A stretch of DNA of 64,000 bases from Octopus vulgaris (taxonomy: Eukaryota). A program made the position numbers and the translations under genes. The notes beneath the pieces are model-generated. The model worked only from the letters and a program-made list of their open reading frames with translations. It ran no database searches and was not told the DNA's origin. The stretch lies in the NCBI GenBank assembly GCA_951406725.2, contig OX597815.1:169818001-169882000 (forward strand). The letters run 5' to 3'. Positions within the stretch are counted from its first letter, which is position 1; each line of letters begins with the position of its first letter. Below, one piece after another: positions 1-12,468 of this stretch.

Positions 1-170
1 TAATAAATGTTCCTTATTGCATGTTATGGATGATTCTTTTATGACTTCATTGCTTTCTAGCTTATCTTAAGGTATTTTCGCACCCGACATCACAAAATGC
101 GTCTGCATAAACATCGCCGGACAGCAAATAGAGATTCGGACATTGCTTAGAAAATAATTTTCATTTTTAG

Positions 171-251
171 CCTCGTATATAGTACGCACTAGGGATTTTG
201 ACCTTTAAATTTTGGGGAAAAAATGCGGATTATACTCGAGGATTTACGGTA
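171..251. mobile_element. End of a Tc2/pogo-like DNA transposon or MITE (terminus ...tatactcgaggatttacgg-TA)
   Basis: Reverse complement reads TA-CCGTAAATCCTCGAGTATAATCCGCA. An imperfect subterminal inverted partner lies at 171-188. CCGTA termini flanked by TA are typical of Tc2/pogo-like elements. Confidence 0.55.
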
Positions 252-334
252 TCTGAAATAAACTCGACTGTTCTCACAAACGAGAATACTAAAAGTGAAC
301 CCCGACCGCTCTCAAAAATTAAGTAAGAAAAAAA

Positions 335-522
335 AACCCGGAAAAATAATCCTTGTCCGAGACTGGATCGATCCCAAAATCTAATCAGTTGGTGCCAGTC
401 ACAAGGCCAAATATCCTTGATAGTTTCATCCGAATCCATCTCGTGGTTCTTGAGATATCGTGTCCACAGACAAACAAATAAACACGACTAAAAACCTCCG
501 CCTTCGCTAAGGCGGAAGTAAT
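335..522 (-). mobile_element. Putative Helitron/Helentron-derived (HINE-like) non-autonomous fragment
   Basis: GC-rich terminal hairpin TCCGCCTT-CGCT-AAGGCGGA (497-516) next to an acagacaaacaaa tract, a layout resembling HINE/DINE-like elements. Confidence 0.4.
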
Positions 523-856
523 AACAGCTTTAACAACAGTTAGAAAGACCTTCACTCACCATCCCAACTATCATTAATATCAACAAAGCTTTTTTGTTGC
601 TATATCCGGCTATGCACCTATAATGAAAATGCTAAACACTTCCTTGAGGATCAACATATATTTACTAATGAATTTTCCCTCAGATAAAAAAAAAGGAAAC
701 CCCAGGGGTGTGTAAAATAACAAGACAACTAGAATTATATAATTTGGACAGTTATCCATACGCTCAGCCGAACATATTTGCTAATGCCTATCGAACCAAT
801 CAGAAGTCTATGTTAGGCCGACATGTTAGAAATAGCAGGAAAAGTTTTCTCAAATT

Positions 857-1125
857 AATTGCAGCGTGGAAGGTGTTTATAAGCAATTTAAGAAATACAC
901 AAAAACCATTAGATTCACTTCAACATTTAAAGTTTTGTCAGTGAACAAGTTGCGGTCTCAAAGCCACGAAAATATTTTGACAAATTTAATTTAAATGTTG
1001 AAGTGAATCTAACGGTTTTTGTGTGTTTCTTAAATAGCTTATAAACATCTTCCACGCTGCAATTGTTTTCGTTCCAGCACACGATCTCAGATCAGGTCAC
1101 TTGCTATGCAGGTACATCTCCGTAA
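857..1125 (+). mobile_element. Fold-back PLE-type terminus: ~75-bp inverted arms around a hammerhead-like motif
   Basis: Arms 857-931 and 990-1064 are near-perfect reverse complements. The loop holds the motif at 933-984. Confidence 0.6.
933..984 (+). ncRNA. Type I hammerhead-like motif, G3-C8 core variant
   Basis: TTTGTCA / GTGAACA / imperfect stem II (GTTGC..GCCAC) / GAAA-ATA-TTT / TGACAAA. Stem I is 7 bp perfect; stem III lies in the palindrome AAATATTT. Confidence 0.5.
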
Positions 1126-1274
1126 TTTTCTTAAATTACATACCATTATCTAAAATAGAATGCATTATGTGGTCCGTTGTATACTAAAACTGAAAATATG
1201 ACGGAATGGTAATGGTTTGATTGCCTTTGGTCATAAAACTCCCGATCAGGGCTGACTCGAAGGTAAACAACAGC

Positions 1275-1525
1275 GTGGAGACGCGTAGCTTAGTGGTTAG
1301 GATGTTGGACACATGATCGTAAGATTGTGGTTTCGATTGCTGGACCGGGCGACGTATTGTGTTCTTGAGCAAAACACTTCATTACACGTTGCTCCAGTCC
1401 ACTCAGCTGGGGAAAATGAGTAACACTGCGATGAACTGGCGTCCCGTCCATCTGGGGGGAACGCATACGCCACTGAAACTGGGAAACTGGGCCCATGAGC
1501 CTGGCTAGGCTTCAAAAGGGCGCAT
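1275..1525 (+). mobile_element. tRNA-derived SINE (family C)
   Basis: A-box-like tagcttagtggttagg, B-box-like gtttcgattgc, then ttgagcaaaacacttcatt..gctccagtccactcagctg, shared with other copies in the window. Confidence 0.8.
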
Positions 1526-2046
1526 TATTATTATAGGTAGATGTTGTAGATGAGAAAAGTACAAAGAATAACGTACAATAACATTACAATAATCTTAGCA
1601 CAAGAATGCAGACAAACACAAATGTAGCACTCGTATGTATTTCATCTGGGCAACTCAAACGAAACAAAACAAGATATATATCTGAACCGTCATGGATATT
1701 ATCAGATATTATCCATCTTGAATATATTCATTGCCAAGGCGATTCCCAATATCGCCTTGACAAACTACAAGGAAGATACTTCAATTCACTTCGAATCGTC
1801 ATCGACTGCAAGCGGTTGCAGAAACTAAAGCAAAAGGCTTTTAATGAAAGACAATCTAAATATTTATGGAGCAAAGTATTTCCTTTTTTAGTTTTACTGC
1901 AAACACGAATCATGTGACTAAGTGTATACTCACTCCAGGCATCCAAACACATCTACATTTTATAAGTAACTGCTTTTCCAGATCATTTACGGACACACGT
2001 ATACACACGCATACAAAAAGGGAACCCATACATGCAGACATACACA

Positions 2047-2138
2047 TGTATGTATGTATGTATGTATGTATGTATGTATGTATGTATGTATGTATGTATG
2101 TGTGTATATGTATATGTATATATATATATATATGTATA

Positions 2139-2204
<66 letters not shown>
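2047..2204. repeat. (TATG)n + (TA)n microsatellite
   Basis: Read directly from the sequence. Confidence 0.95.
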
Positions 2205-2205
<1 letters not shown>

Positions 2206-2473
2206 TAGAATGAAAAAAAGGAAAGCTCTTGGTACAGTACTATATACTTGAAAAAATAATTAGAAATGGGTTTCCTGGTAACATTTCCACTTCGATTTAA
2301 CAAAAGGTAAACTTATAAACATCTAATTATTAAAGTGGGAAAATTATCAGAAAAGCCATTGCTATTTGATTTTTCAAATATACATACATACATAGATACA
2401 TACGTGCACACACGTGTATATATGTATAAAAGCTACGTATGTATATTTGTGCGAATGTATGCATGCACACATT

Positions 2474-2475
<2 letters not shown>

Positions 2476-2505
<30 letters not shown>

Positions 2506-2734
2506 TGTATGTATGTATGTATGTATGTATGTATGTATGTATGTATGTATGTATGTATGTATGTATGTATGTATGTATGTATGTATGTATGTATGTATGT
2601 ATGTATGTATGTATGTATGTATGTATGTATGTATGTATGTATGTATGTATGTATGTATGTATGTATGTATGTATGTATGTATGTATGTATGTATGTATGT
2701 ATGTATGTATGTATGTATGTATGTATGTATGTAT
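2476..2734. repeat. (TATG)n microsatellite, ~260 bp
   Basis: Read directly from the sequence. Confidence 0.97.
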
Positions 2735-2804
2735 TTGTGCAGTCTATGTTAGCGGGAAAAGAACGGACGTAAAGAAAATTATTTATGCATATATATATAT
2801 ATAT

Positions 2805-3285
2805 ATAACATAAGGGACTAAAGCCATCTGAATATGGCTAGGGACAGGGCAGGGTGGTGGGGGTGTTACTGTTGCATTTAGCCCCAGGCGAACATCGACG
2901 TCACCAGAAAGGCTCGACACCGTCACGGTGCCCTTAACCTGCAAAGGGAGGTAATTCCCCGATGAAGCGGAAACCACACACGGACCATGGTTTCAAGGTG
3001 TATTGCCTATCATCGGCGTGTGGTAGGCCTCCGCTTCCTCGACGAATTCTCACTCTGCAGGATTTTCTTATATAGATTTTCAAGCAAAATACATTTGCTG
3101 ATTTCGAAAATCTGTTCGAAAGCAATAATAATTCTCTAAAAGGGATATAGACAGTAACTGCTCGATAACATAAGGGACTAAAGCCATCTGAATATGGCTA
3201 GGGACAGGGCAGGGTGGTGGGGGTGTTACTGTTGCATTTAGCCCCAGGCGAACATCGACGTCACCAGAAAGGCTCGACATCGTCA
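2805..3285 (-). mobile_element. Retrozyme-like element: 360-bp unit plus 121-bp direct terminal repeat, inserted in (TA)n
   Basis: 2805-2925 repeats at 3165-3285 (period exactly 360, one mismatch). Flanked by (TA)n on both sides. No protein coding. Contains a hammerhead on the minus strand. Confidence 0.8.
2960..3041 (-). ncRNA. Type I hammerhead ribozyme with extended stem I
   Basis: Minus strand: GAAGCGGA..CACACG / CCGATGA / TAGG-CAATACA-CCTT / GAAAC-CATG-GTC / CGTGTG..TCCGCTTC. Predicted cleavage between 2983 and 2982. U4C and a U.U pair at the base of stem II may reduce activity. Confidence 0.75.
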
Positions 3286-4074
3286 TATATATATATATCA
3301 ATTCCAATATTAAAAACTATAACTATGTATGTATAATATATATATATATATATAAATATGTGTGTATGTGTATAGATATATAAATACATTTAGAGATTTT
3401 TTTTGTATATACATATATATAAGTATGTATGTGTGTGTATGCGAGTGCGTGTGTGATTGTGTTTTTATGTACGTGTGTATTTCTGTATATATGTATATAC
3501 TTAGAGAATGGGACGAAAATTGTTCGGTTAATAAATATCAATTTTGACGATCTACTGAAATAACGGCATAAAAAATGAATAAATAAATCCTATTTCCTTC
3601 ATGTCTCTCAGCATAAACACACATAGATGAAGAACAACAGCAACGGTTATCTATTAAATGTCATTCAATCGAAATATAACGGTCCTTAACGTCAACCAAT
3701 CACAGTAGTCGTCACTTAACCTAACCTACAACTTGTTTATACATATAATAAAGCTCTACACAGAACTAGTAACAAGTCCTTATCTGTAATGTCCATTTGC
3801 ATTTTCATCTATTTGGGCACTAAAACAGTAATCGCATTTTAATACCCTCTTTCTGAAGATGTTTATATGCTTAACAGAATCTTCAATTAATTCTCCCTCA
3901 TTCCTTAAAGGCAGGAAATGTTTCTGATTCTTTCCTAAATCTTTGCAGTTTTCCTAAGAAAGGAAAGTAGGTTGTAGGCATAGGCGTATAGTTAGATATT
4001 CTTCTTTCTAATCACGTGGTTCATTTATCAAGTATCTTCTACCATTGACAGGTCTATGGAAACTGAAACTTTTC

Positions 4075-4811
4075 TGCATTTCCTTCCTGCCACGAGTAGC
4101 CTGTCACCCCCACTTCCGATACCAGCAAATCTGCAGAAGTGGGTCAGGACCATGAAGGCGAATCAGCTGTACAGGCTTTGTAGAGAAAGGGGCATCATGG
4201 CACACATCCTCTCTGGTTGTCAAACAGCTCTCAACCATGCGATATATATATATGGTGCCATTACAAGATGTTCCTAAATAGTTACTAACACTATGGAGAA
4301 GAGACGGAGAATACAAGGAAAACCGACCCTATTAATCAACTTCGTGAAGGAGTGAAAAAGCAAACATAGAGAGGAGGAAAATAATCTTCTGCAAAAGGAA
4401 AAATCGTGGCATATAAAGGTAGACTACTGTGAAAACCTACTGTTCTCCCATGTTGTTCAGATAAGCCTGAACGCAGATGGGGTAAAGATTATCCTGATTG
4501 AGCTTATAGTCCCGTAGGAAAAAAAGTGCAACTAATGCTTTGAACGAAAAGTGCAAAATACCAAAACGTTTTGTAAGATTGCAGGGGTCAAAGCTGGTAG
4601 ACATGGCTATTCTGAGCCGAGATGACTGTAGAAGATTCTCTACCTAGTTGGTTTTGGAGAGAATGTTCACATGCATTACGATGGTAAGAAAAAGGGGAAG
4701 ACGGTTGCTTGCCAAAGATAAAAACGAGTCGGTTATGGAGCAAAAAAGATGCTAAAAGCCAGAAGCTAAGAGGAGGAGATGGGAAGTGATTTGGATACCT
4801 TTCCCGACTCC

Positions 4812-4813
<2 letters not shown>
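4075..4813 (+). mobile_element. Decayed RLE-type non-LTR retrotransposon 3' fragment (HERO/NeSL-like)
   Basis: Translations LPIPANLQKW..RLCRERGIMAHILSGCQTAL (CCHC-like knuckle) and IILIELIVP*EK (RLE-like). Stops and frameshifts present; ends at (TA)n. Confidence 0.7.
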
Positions 4814-4879
<66 letters not shown>

Positions 4880-4880
<1 letters not shown>

Positions 4881-5260
4881 GGGTAATTGAGTGGCAAATA
4901 GCTTGCTTACCAACTACATGGTTCCGGGTTCAGTCCCATTGCGTAACACCGTGGGCAAGTGTCTTCTAGTAGAGCCTCGAGCCGATCAAAGCCTTGTGAG
5001 TGGATTAGGTAGACGGAAACTGAAGGAAGTCCGTCGTATATATATATCCGTATATGTTTATTCCTCCCCGCAATCGCTTCACACCCGATGTTGGTGTGCT
5101 TACATCCCCGTCACTTAGATGTTAGGCAAAATAAGTGGACCGATAGAATAAGTACTAGGCTCACAAAAATAAGTTCTAGGGGTCGCTTTGTTCGACTAAA
5201 GGCGGTGCTCCAGCATGGCCGCAGTCAAATGACTGAAACAAATAAAAGAATAAAAGAATA
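4880..5260 (+). mobile_element. tRNA-derived SINE (family B, internal microsatellite)
   Basis: Head ggttccgggttcagtcccattgcg, core gtagacggaaactgaaggaag, tail ggcggtgctccagcatggccgcagtcaaatgactgaaac. Many copies in the window. Confidence 0.85.
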
Positions 5261-5708
5261 CATACATGCATGTAACATACATATACAATTACTGTTCTAT
5301 GTCACTGACAAATCTATTTGTTTCCTACCGTGTCAGTCCCTCTCTAATTTGGTTCCGTGTGGATGTACGGCTAACAACAAAGCACTAATATAAACTGATA
5401 AATCTTTCGTTAGATTTATAATAAATTATTTTGACCGTAAATTTTATTATCTTTTAATCTTCTTCTAATACTAATTCACTGCCAATAATTTCATCTTTTG
5501 AACTGCATAAATTTCTATATCATCTTTGTGACACGTATGACTTTGTGCTCATAATTTTCAACCTTGAGAGATATAGCTGATATCTGCCCACGTGATCTCG
5601 AATCTTATGCTCATGTTACGTAACAAATTGAAAATTTTGTTACCAAATTCATGAATTCTCTCAGCATGTACAATACATACATACATACATACATACATAC
5701 ATAGGGGT

Positions 5709-5930
5709 ATACGATGAGGTGCTGAAAAGTTCCTGGTTTTGGGCGGTAAACGAAAATACAGGAAGATCAATTAAATATGATTCTATTCAACATATTCCCC
5801 TCTCAGATTCACACAGTTATTGCAGCAGTCCTTCAATTTTTCTAAGCCTTGTAGAGAACTCGGAAGATTAAGCTTCCAAACAGGCCTTTCACGATGCCCT
5901 TAAAACAGGAACCTCTCTGCACCCACTTGT
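5709..5930 (-). mobile_element. Mariner transposon end fragment
   Basis: TA-cgatgaggtgctgaaaagttcctgg terminus. Minus strand encodes ..LRGEYVE*, a mariner-like C-terminus. Homologous to 46990-47232. Confidence 0.65.
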
Positions 5931-5958
5931 AAATATATATATATATATATATACATAC

Positions 5959-6364
<406 letters not shown>

Positions 6365-6384
6365 ATATATATATAGATATATAT

Positions 6385-6442
<58 letters not shown>

Positions 6443-6444
6443 TG

Positions 6445-6716
6445 ATATGCACCTGGCCTAGTGGTTAGGGTGTTGCACTGACGATTGCGAGATCGTGGTT
6501 TCAATTCCCAGACCGGGCGTTGCTTTGTGTTCTTGAGCATAGCACTTCATTTCGTCGTCTGACATGTAGCACACGGTTCACTTGTACAGGTACTATCGAT
6601 TTGATGTAGAGAATGCGCTTCTTTGAACACAAGCATTTGATCACTATAAACAAATCATCTGTGTGCTTGTTCGGCAAGAAACTGGGGAACCCTCATACGT
6701 CGTCTAACGACAGGAG
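6445..6716 (+). mobile_element. SINE family C
   Basis: tggcctagtggttagggtgttgcac..gtttcaattcccagaccggg tRNA-like head. Tail similar to 58880-59200. Confidence 0.75.
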
Positions 6717-8004
6717 AATCAATTATATATATACATGTACACATAATTGTTTTAATTACAGTATCTTTATGTGTTATCGTTTTGAATATAAACACAATAC
6801 GAGATTTAATGTAAGTTATTACCAACACAAATTCTCATTTATTTTCCTATGTATTATTTTCTGCTGAATTTTCCCTTCTAGTTTCATGGATTCGAGTCAA
6901 GAACGATTTTACTGTAATCTCTCCTTTCGCCAACAAATCAATCTCTCAAAGCAGTAGATGCCAATATCACGACTATATTTACTTTATTGCTAACATGTCT
7001 GTTCTGGTATCTTGGAAACTGCTGAAACGAGGAAGTCTACATTTGTTGTTAATCTTAAGCTTTTATGTTTCAAACTTTGATATTTTTCCGTAAAATATTT
7101 TGACATTAAAAACGTTGCATAACGCTGTCAATATGTTAAATAATTGGTTAGACTCGAGAATTAGCGAAGAAATTAAAAACAAAAACAGAAGAACGAAAGC
7201 TATTAAACATAACATATGTACATAGCAACACAGTTTCTCTGAAATATTTGTGTTTATAATAGTAAAATGCAAAAAGTACATTAACATACATTTGCTTTGA
7301 ACTGTTTCGTTTCATAATACTAGGTTAAATGTTTATTCTTCATGTTATGGATTGGGAGGGAGCTGCACGTCTAACGTAATTTTACTTGTATGTTTTTGTT
7401 AAACACGCACACACACACACACACACAGACACACACAGGCGGGCGCACAATAATTCTTACGCGTGTCTTACCATCTGTCCAACTTCAAGCAAAATATTTG
7501 TAAGCATAATGCAATACAGTGTTCTTCTGAAGAACTTCTGAGGTTCAACGTTGAATTACACTATGAACACCCATTACAGAGAATGAAAATAACCATATTG
7601 GCAAAACGCATGTAGGGAACAAATGATATAAACTGCACCCTGTTTTTATCATATTTTTCCTACATACATACATACATACATACATACATACATACATACA
7701 TACATACATACATACACACATGCATACAAACATACATACGTACATACATACATGCATACATACATGTATGTATGTATAAGTCATAATTTAAAGTTTGTGT
7801 ATACACCTTATAGTATGCCGTTTAATGCCCTTTCTCTGTATTCGGCTACCTAATGACATCAACAGTAACGATGTAACGGCCAGTGGAAATATATGTAGGT
7901 CGTAAAAATCATTAAAATATGGTGTATGAAATTGTAAAATAAAAAGAAATCAATTTTGAGCATGTACCAGCTTCCATATTCTCTATCGTTATAATTATAT
8001 ATAT

Positions 8005-8306
8005 ATAACATAAGGGACTAAAGCCATCTGAATATGGTTAGGGGCAGGGCAGGGTGGTGGGGGTGTTACTGTTGCATTTAGCCCCAGGCGAACATCAACG
8101 TCGCCAGATAGGCTTGAAACCATCACGGCGTCCTCTGAGGACGCCGTGATGGTTTCAAGCCTATCTGGCGACGTTGATGTTCGCCTGGGGCTAAATGCAA
8201 CAGTAACACCCCACCACCCTGCCCTGCCCCTAACCATATTCAGATGGCTTTAGTCCCTTATGTTATGGAACAGTTACTGTCTATATCTCATTTAGAGAAT
8301 TATTAT

Positions 8307-8310
<4 letters not shown>
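8005..8310. mobile_element. Fold-back (palindromic) copy of the 360-bp retrozyme-like family, lacking the ribozyme
   Basis: 8005-8135 and 8137-8266 are reverse complements (centre T8136, one 1-bp indel in the G/C run). The right arm continues into sequence matching 3122-3164. (TA)n on both flanks. Confidence 0.85.
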
Positions 8311-8349
<39 letters not shown>

Positions 8350-8351
<2 letters not shown>

Positions 8352-9305
8352 CAGTCTACGTCAAAGGATGGCTCTGCACAGATCCCAGATCAAAATTCCC
8401 CAAAACAGAAAAATAGCATTCAGCCAACACATTGAGATTTGCGCCAATTCAAAATATCGAAGCTTCATAATTTTTCGCCTCTACCAATTCAGGGACGATA
8501 CAACCTGTAGCCAACGAATTAGTAAAGAGATTCTCTTTATTATAAAACACAGGACCCCTTTTGAACGCATCTACAACAGACGACATATCCACCACGACCT
8601 TAGAATAACACAAAAAACATGCACGCAAATATTAAAAATGATGCATTCAAGAGATATCCAAGAATTCATTAAAAACAGTCCCAATCACTGCTATAATCCA
8701 CAACGAGTCACTTTTAGGTCACTTGATCATTTAACATCCTACTACTATCCTACCATCCTGCATTCTCTTATTATTCTCTCTCCTTCTTTTTCTTCGTCTT
8801 CTTCTTCTTCTTCTCCGCCACTTCCTTCCTTACTTTACTATTATTGCTGTTTAGAATAACACCTTCGCAAATATTATAAACAATACATTCAAAAGAGATA
8901 TCTCAAGAATTCAATTACTACTACGATCCACAAGTCAATTTTAGGTCACTTGACCATTTAACATCCTACTACTATCATTGTATTCTTCTTCTTCTTCTTC
9001 TTCTTCTTCTTCTTCTTCTTCTTCTTCTTCTTCTTCTTCTTCTTCTTCTTCTTCTTCTTCTTCTTCTCTGCCAAGAATTCACAGCGACCTCGAACCCACA
9101 AGAGTAAACAAGAGAGACAGAGACAAGAAAAATGCCCCTTGTATTTGAATACTATGCAAATATTCTTTTAAAAAAACTTTTCTTTTAATTTTTCCAAAAT
9201 TTAATTGTTTTCCATACTTACAGTTGAAAAGTCTCATTTACTGAAACCGGTACTGAAATGTTTTTTGTAAAATTATTTTACCATTTTCTACCTTGACTTT
9301 TTTTC
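8350..9305 (+). mobile_element. Penelope-like element 3' fragment (C-terminal half of GIY-YIG endonuclease plus 3' region)
   Basis: SLRQRMALHRSQIK..FSQHIEIC..FIIFRLYQF..RISKEILFIIKH resembles a PLE GIY-YIG C-terminus. Imperfect internal duplication (~8620-8860 / ~8865-9070). Degenerate hammerhead at 9219-9256. Confidence 0.65.
9219..9256 (+). ncRNA. Degenerate minimal hammerhead (U3-A8 core)
   Basis: CAG / TTGAAAA / GT-CTCATTT-AC-T / GAAAC-CG-GTA / CTG. Confidence 0.45.
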
Positions 9306-9544
9306 CATATATATATATATCGTTTTCTTGAATCGCTGATAAGTATTTTTTCTCAATAACTTCTGAATGTGTTCCTTACATATTACATACTTGTCTGTTA
9401 TGTGGGTGTATGTATATTCTAGATTTAAGCACCTATCACGTTGTCATTTATTAATTGCAATAATCTTTGTCTTGTGACGCGCTTCTTTCTTCTTTAATCG
9501 TTTTTCTCTTACAAGACAAACTCAATGATGTTCTGCATTGCATA

Positions 9545-9605
9545 AATAATAATAACAATAACAATAATAATAATAGTAATGATAATAATAATAATAGTAA
9601 TGATG

Positions 9606-9660
<55 letters not shown>

Positions 9661-9671
9661 ATGATGATGAT
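9545..9671. repeat. (AAT)n microsatellite
   Basis: Read directly from the sequence. Confidence 0.95.
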
Positions 9672-10090
9672 GGTTCCGGAAACCATCAATGTGGGTCTTC
9701 CTTATTTCTGAGCAGCTGTCATCAAAATATACTTAGCGTAATGACAAAAACGTCTTAATCGTCTGATTTCTACTTAATCGATCTTGTGAATATTTCTAAT
9801 GCCAAACCGTAAATTTGTATGTTTACTCCGTTTTTTTTTTTCCTTTTCAATATTTTACATTTCGGAAGCAAAATATTTTTTTTTCTGTTTGTAATATCCA
9901 GATTTGTTTTCTAGCGCAGTCTTTATACTTCATATTGCTTGTTTTTTTGCTATTTCGTTTGCAGGAGGATAAATATCTCTATACAAACAAACAACAGCGG
10001 AGAGAAGACTTTACAGTTTACACTACATAATGATAACACTTCAAACTAAACCCCGTTCTATGAATTGAAATAATGAAATGGAACGCAGCA

Positions 10091-10121
<31 letters not shown>

Positions 10122-10486
10122 ATAGTCATTATGTATTTGAAACAACAAAAGTTAGCATTTCTAATTAAATGCGGATTTTTGATAATTAGTTCTGAGAGCG
10201 CGTGAGCAATATTCATTATATATCTCTTTATCTTTATACTTGTTTTAGTCATTAGTCTGCGGCTGCACGTATCTATTTTTTCAGTCTGGTACCATCGGTC
10301 ACTTTTTGCAGAACCGTTAAATTATTGGGACGTAAATAAACCAACATTGGATGCCAACCGGTGGTGGGGACAGACACACAGAGACACGTGCAGACATAAA
10401 CACAACACACCTACACACGCGCGTACGCGTGCATACACACACACACACACACACATACATATACACATGCATATATATATGTGACA

Positions 10487-10715
10487 GGCGGCGAGCTGGT
10501 AGAAACGTTAGCACGCCGGGCGAAATTCGTAGCAGTATTTCGTCTGTCGTTATGTTCCGAGTTCAAATTCCGCCGAGGTCGACTTTGCCTTTCATCCTTT
10601 CGGGGTCGATAAATTAAGTACCAGTTACGCACTGGGGTCGATGTAATCGACTTAATCCCTTTGTCTGTCCTTGTTTGTCCCCTCTATGTTTAGCCCGTTG
10701 TGGGTAGTAAAGAAA
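10487..10715 (+). mobile_element. tRNA-derived SINE (family A)
   Basis: ggcggcgagctggtagaaacgttagcacg head, gagttcaaattcc B-box, tail gtagtaaagaaat. More than 10 copies in the window. Confidence 0.9.
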
Positions 10716-10729
10716 TGTATATATATGTG

Positions 10730-10877
10730 ACAGGGTTCTTTCAGTTTAAGTCTACCAAAACCATTTACAAAGCTTTGGTCTGCTATACTAACAGACATTT
10801 GCTCAACACGTACACATAGTGGGACTGAACCTGGAATCGTGTGGTTGGAAAGTAAACTTTTTACCACAGAACCACGC

Positions 10878-10878
<1 letters not shown>
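10730..10878 (-). mobile_element. SINE family B head fragment
   Basis: Reverse complement matches the 4880-5030 head. Confidence 0.7.
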
Positions 10879-10960
<82 letters not shown>

Positions 10961-11007
10961 ATATATATATATATAATTTATATACACACATGCATACACA
11001 CATATTC

Positions 11008-11093
<86 letters not shown>

Positions 11094-11194
11094 GCTAGCT
11101 AGCTAGCTAGCTAGCTAGCTAGCAAACGCTATTTTTACATTTTTTAAATGAGAAATAAAGATCCTTTAACTTGAAACACGTTAACTGCAGCATA

Positions 11195-11360
11195 CCGTAT
11201 TTATATGATATGAGTTTTAGTATTTTATATACAATTTTAACTGGCAAAAACTGGTGTGTGACTTATATACAGAGCAGAGCTAGAACTGTGAAGAGAAAAT
11301 ATTTTGTTCCAAGACTTAACACTAAATTAGAAGGTGCAGCTTATACACGATTAAATATGG
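11195..11360. mobile_element. Small Tc2/pogo-like MITE remnant
   Basis: TA-ccgtattta ... taaatatgg imperfect TIRs with internal gacttatatac / gcttatacac motifs. Confidence 0.45.
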
Positions 11361-12067
11361 TGTATATAAAAAAAAACACCAACATACAGTCGTAATTTTT
11401 ATACACCGGTGGAAACATAGATATACACAAACATATATGCACTCGTATACACTGAAAAGGAGAAAGGAGTGGATTCGATCTAAATATTAAATAAAGAGAC
11501 ATTAATTGTATTAATATAAATACACTCACACATACACATACACATATATTAAATTACGAATACATACGTATGTAGATATATACATACATACGTACATACA
11601 TATATAGATATCTCTATATAAAAGGTGAGAGAAAGTAAGAGAGAGAGGGGCGAAGTGGAGAAAGAAAATGTAGATTAAATCTAGATATTAATTAACACGC
11701 ATACATACACGCACACACGCATGAGAGAGAGAGAGAAGACGAGAGCGAGAGAGAGAGAAAGAGAGAGGGAGGAGAGAGAAAGTGAGGTAATGAGAAAGGG
11801 TAAGCCAAAGAAGATCTAATTAAATAGTGTTACTTTATTATGAAATATTGATTTCATTTGTCTGACGAAATTTTCTTAGCATAAAAATCTTGTTTTTGTT
11901 AAGGGCAATCAAAGTAGAATACTGGGCGCTTATATCTTTGCCACTTAACTGATGTGAATTGACTTCAATGAAGAACTGAGTTTGCTTCGCTGTTTCGGCT
12001 TTCATGAAGTATGTACCTTACACTCTGAATTCGCCACTTTTATATAATGCAATATTTGTAGCTATTA

Positions 12068-12468
12068 AGGTGGCGAGCTGGCAGAAACGTTAACACGCTG
12101 GACGAAATGCTTAGCAGTATTTCGTCTGCCGTTACGTTTTGAGTTCAAATTCCGCCGAGGTCGACTTTGCCTTTCATCCTTTCGGGGTCGATAAATTAAG
12201 TATGAGTTATGCACTGGGGTCGATGTAATCGACTTAATCCGTTTGTCTGTCCTTGTTTGTCCTCTCTGTGTTTAGCCCCTCGTGAGTAGTAAAGAAATAG
12301 GTATTTCGTCTGCCTTTACATTCTGAGTTCAAATTCAGTCGAGGTCGACTTTACCTTTCATCCTTTCGCGGGTGATAAATTAAGTACCAGTTACGCACTG
12401 GAGTCGAGTTAATCGACTGGCCCCCTCACCCAAAATTTCGGGCCTTGTACCTTGAGTAGAAAAGAATA
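12068..12468 (+). mobile_element. SINE family A, partial dimer
   Basis: Full copy followed by a restart at ggtatttcgtctg (~12300). Confidence 0.85.

Noticed and set aside
2958-2974. Plus-strand CCGATGA-AGCG-GAAAC as a second, opposite-polarity hammerhead
   Set aside because: No stem II can form, it is not conserved in the 29-kb copy, and it is simply the complement of the extended stem I.
3150-3232. Twister-like appearance (TAAC..AAGCC..GGG)
   Set aside because: I could not place the two pseudoknots; a simple long hairpin explains the pairing.
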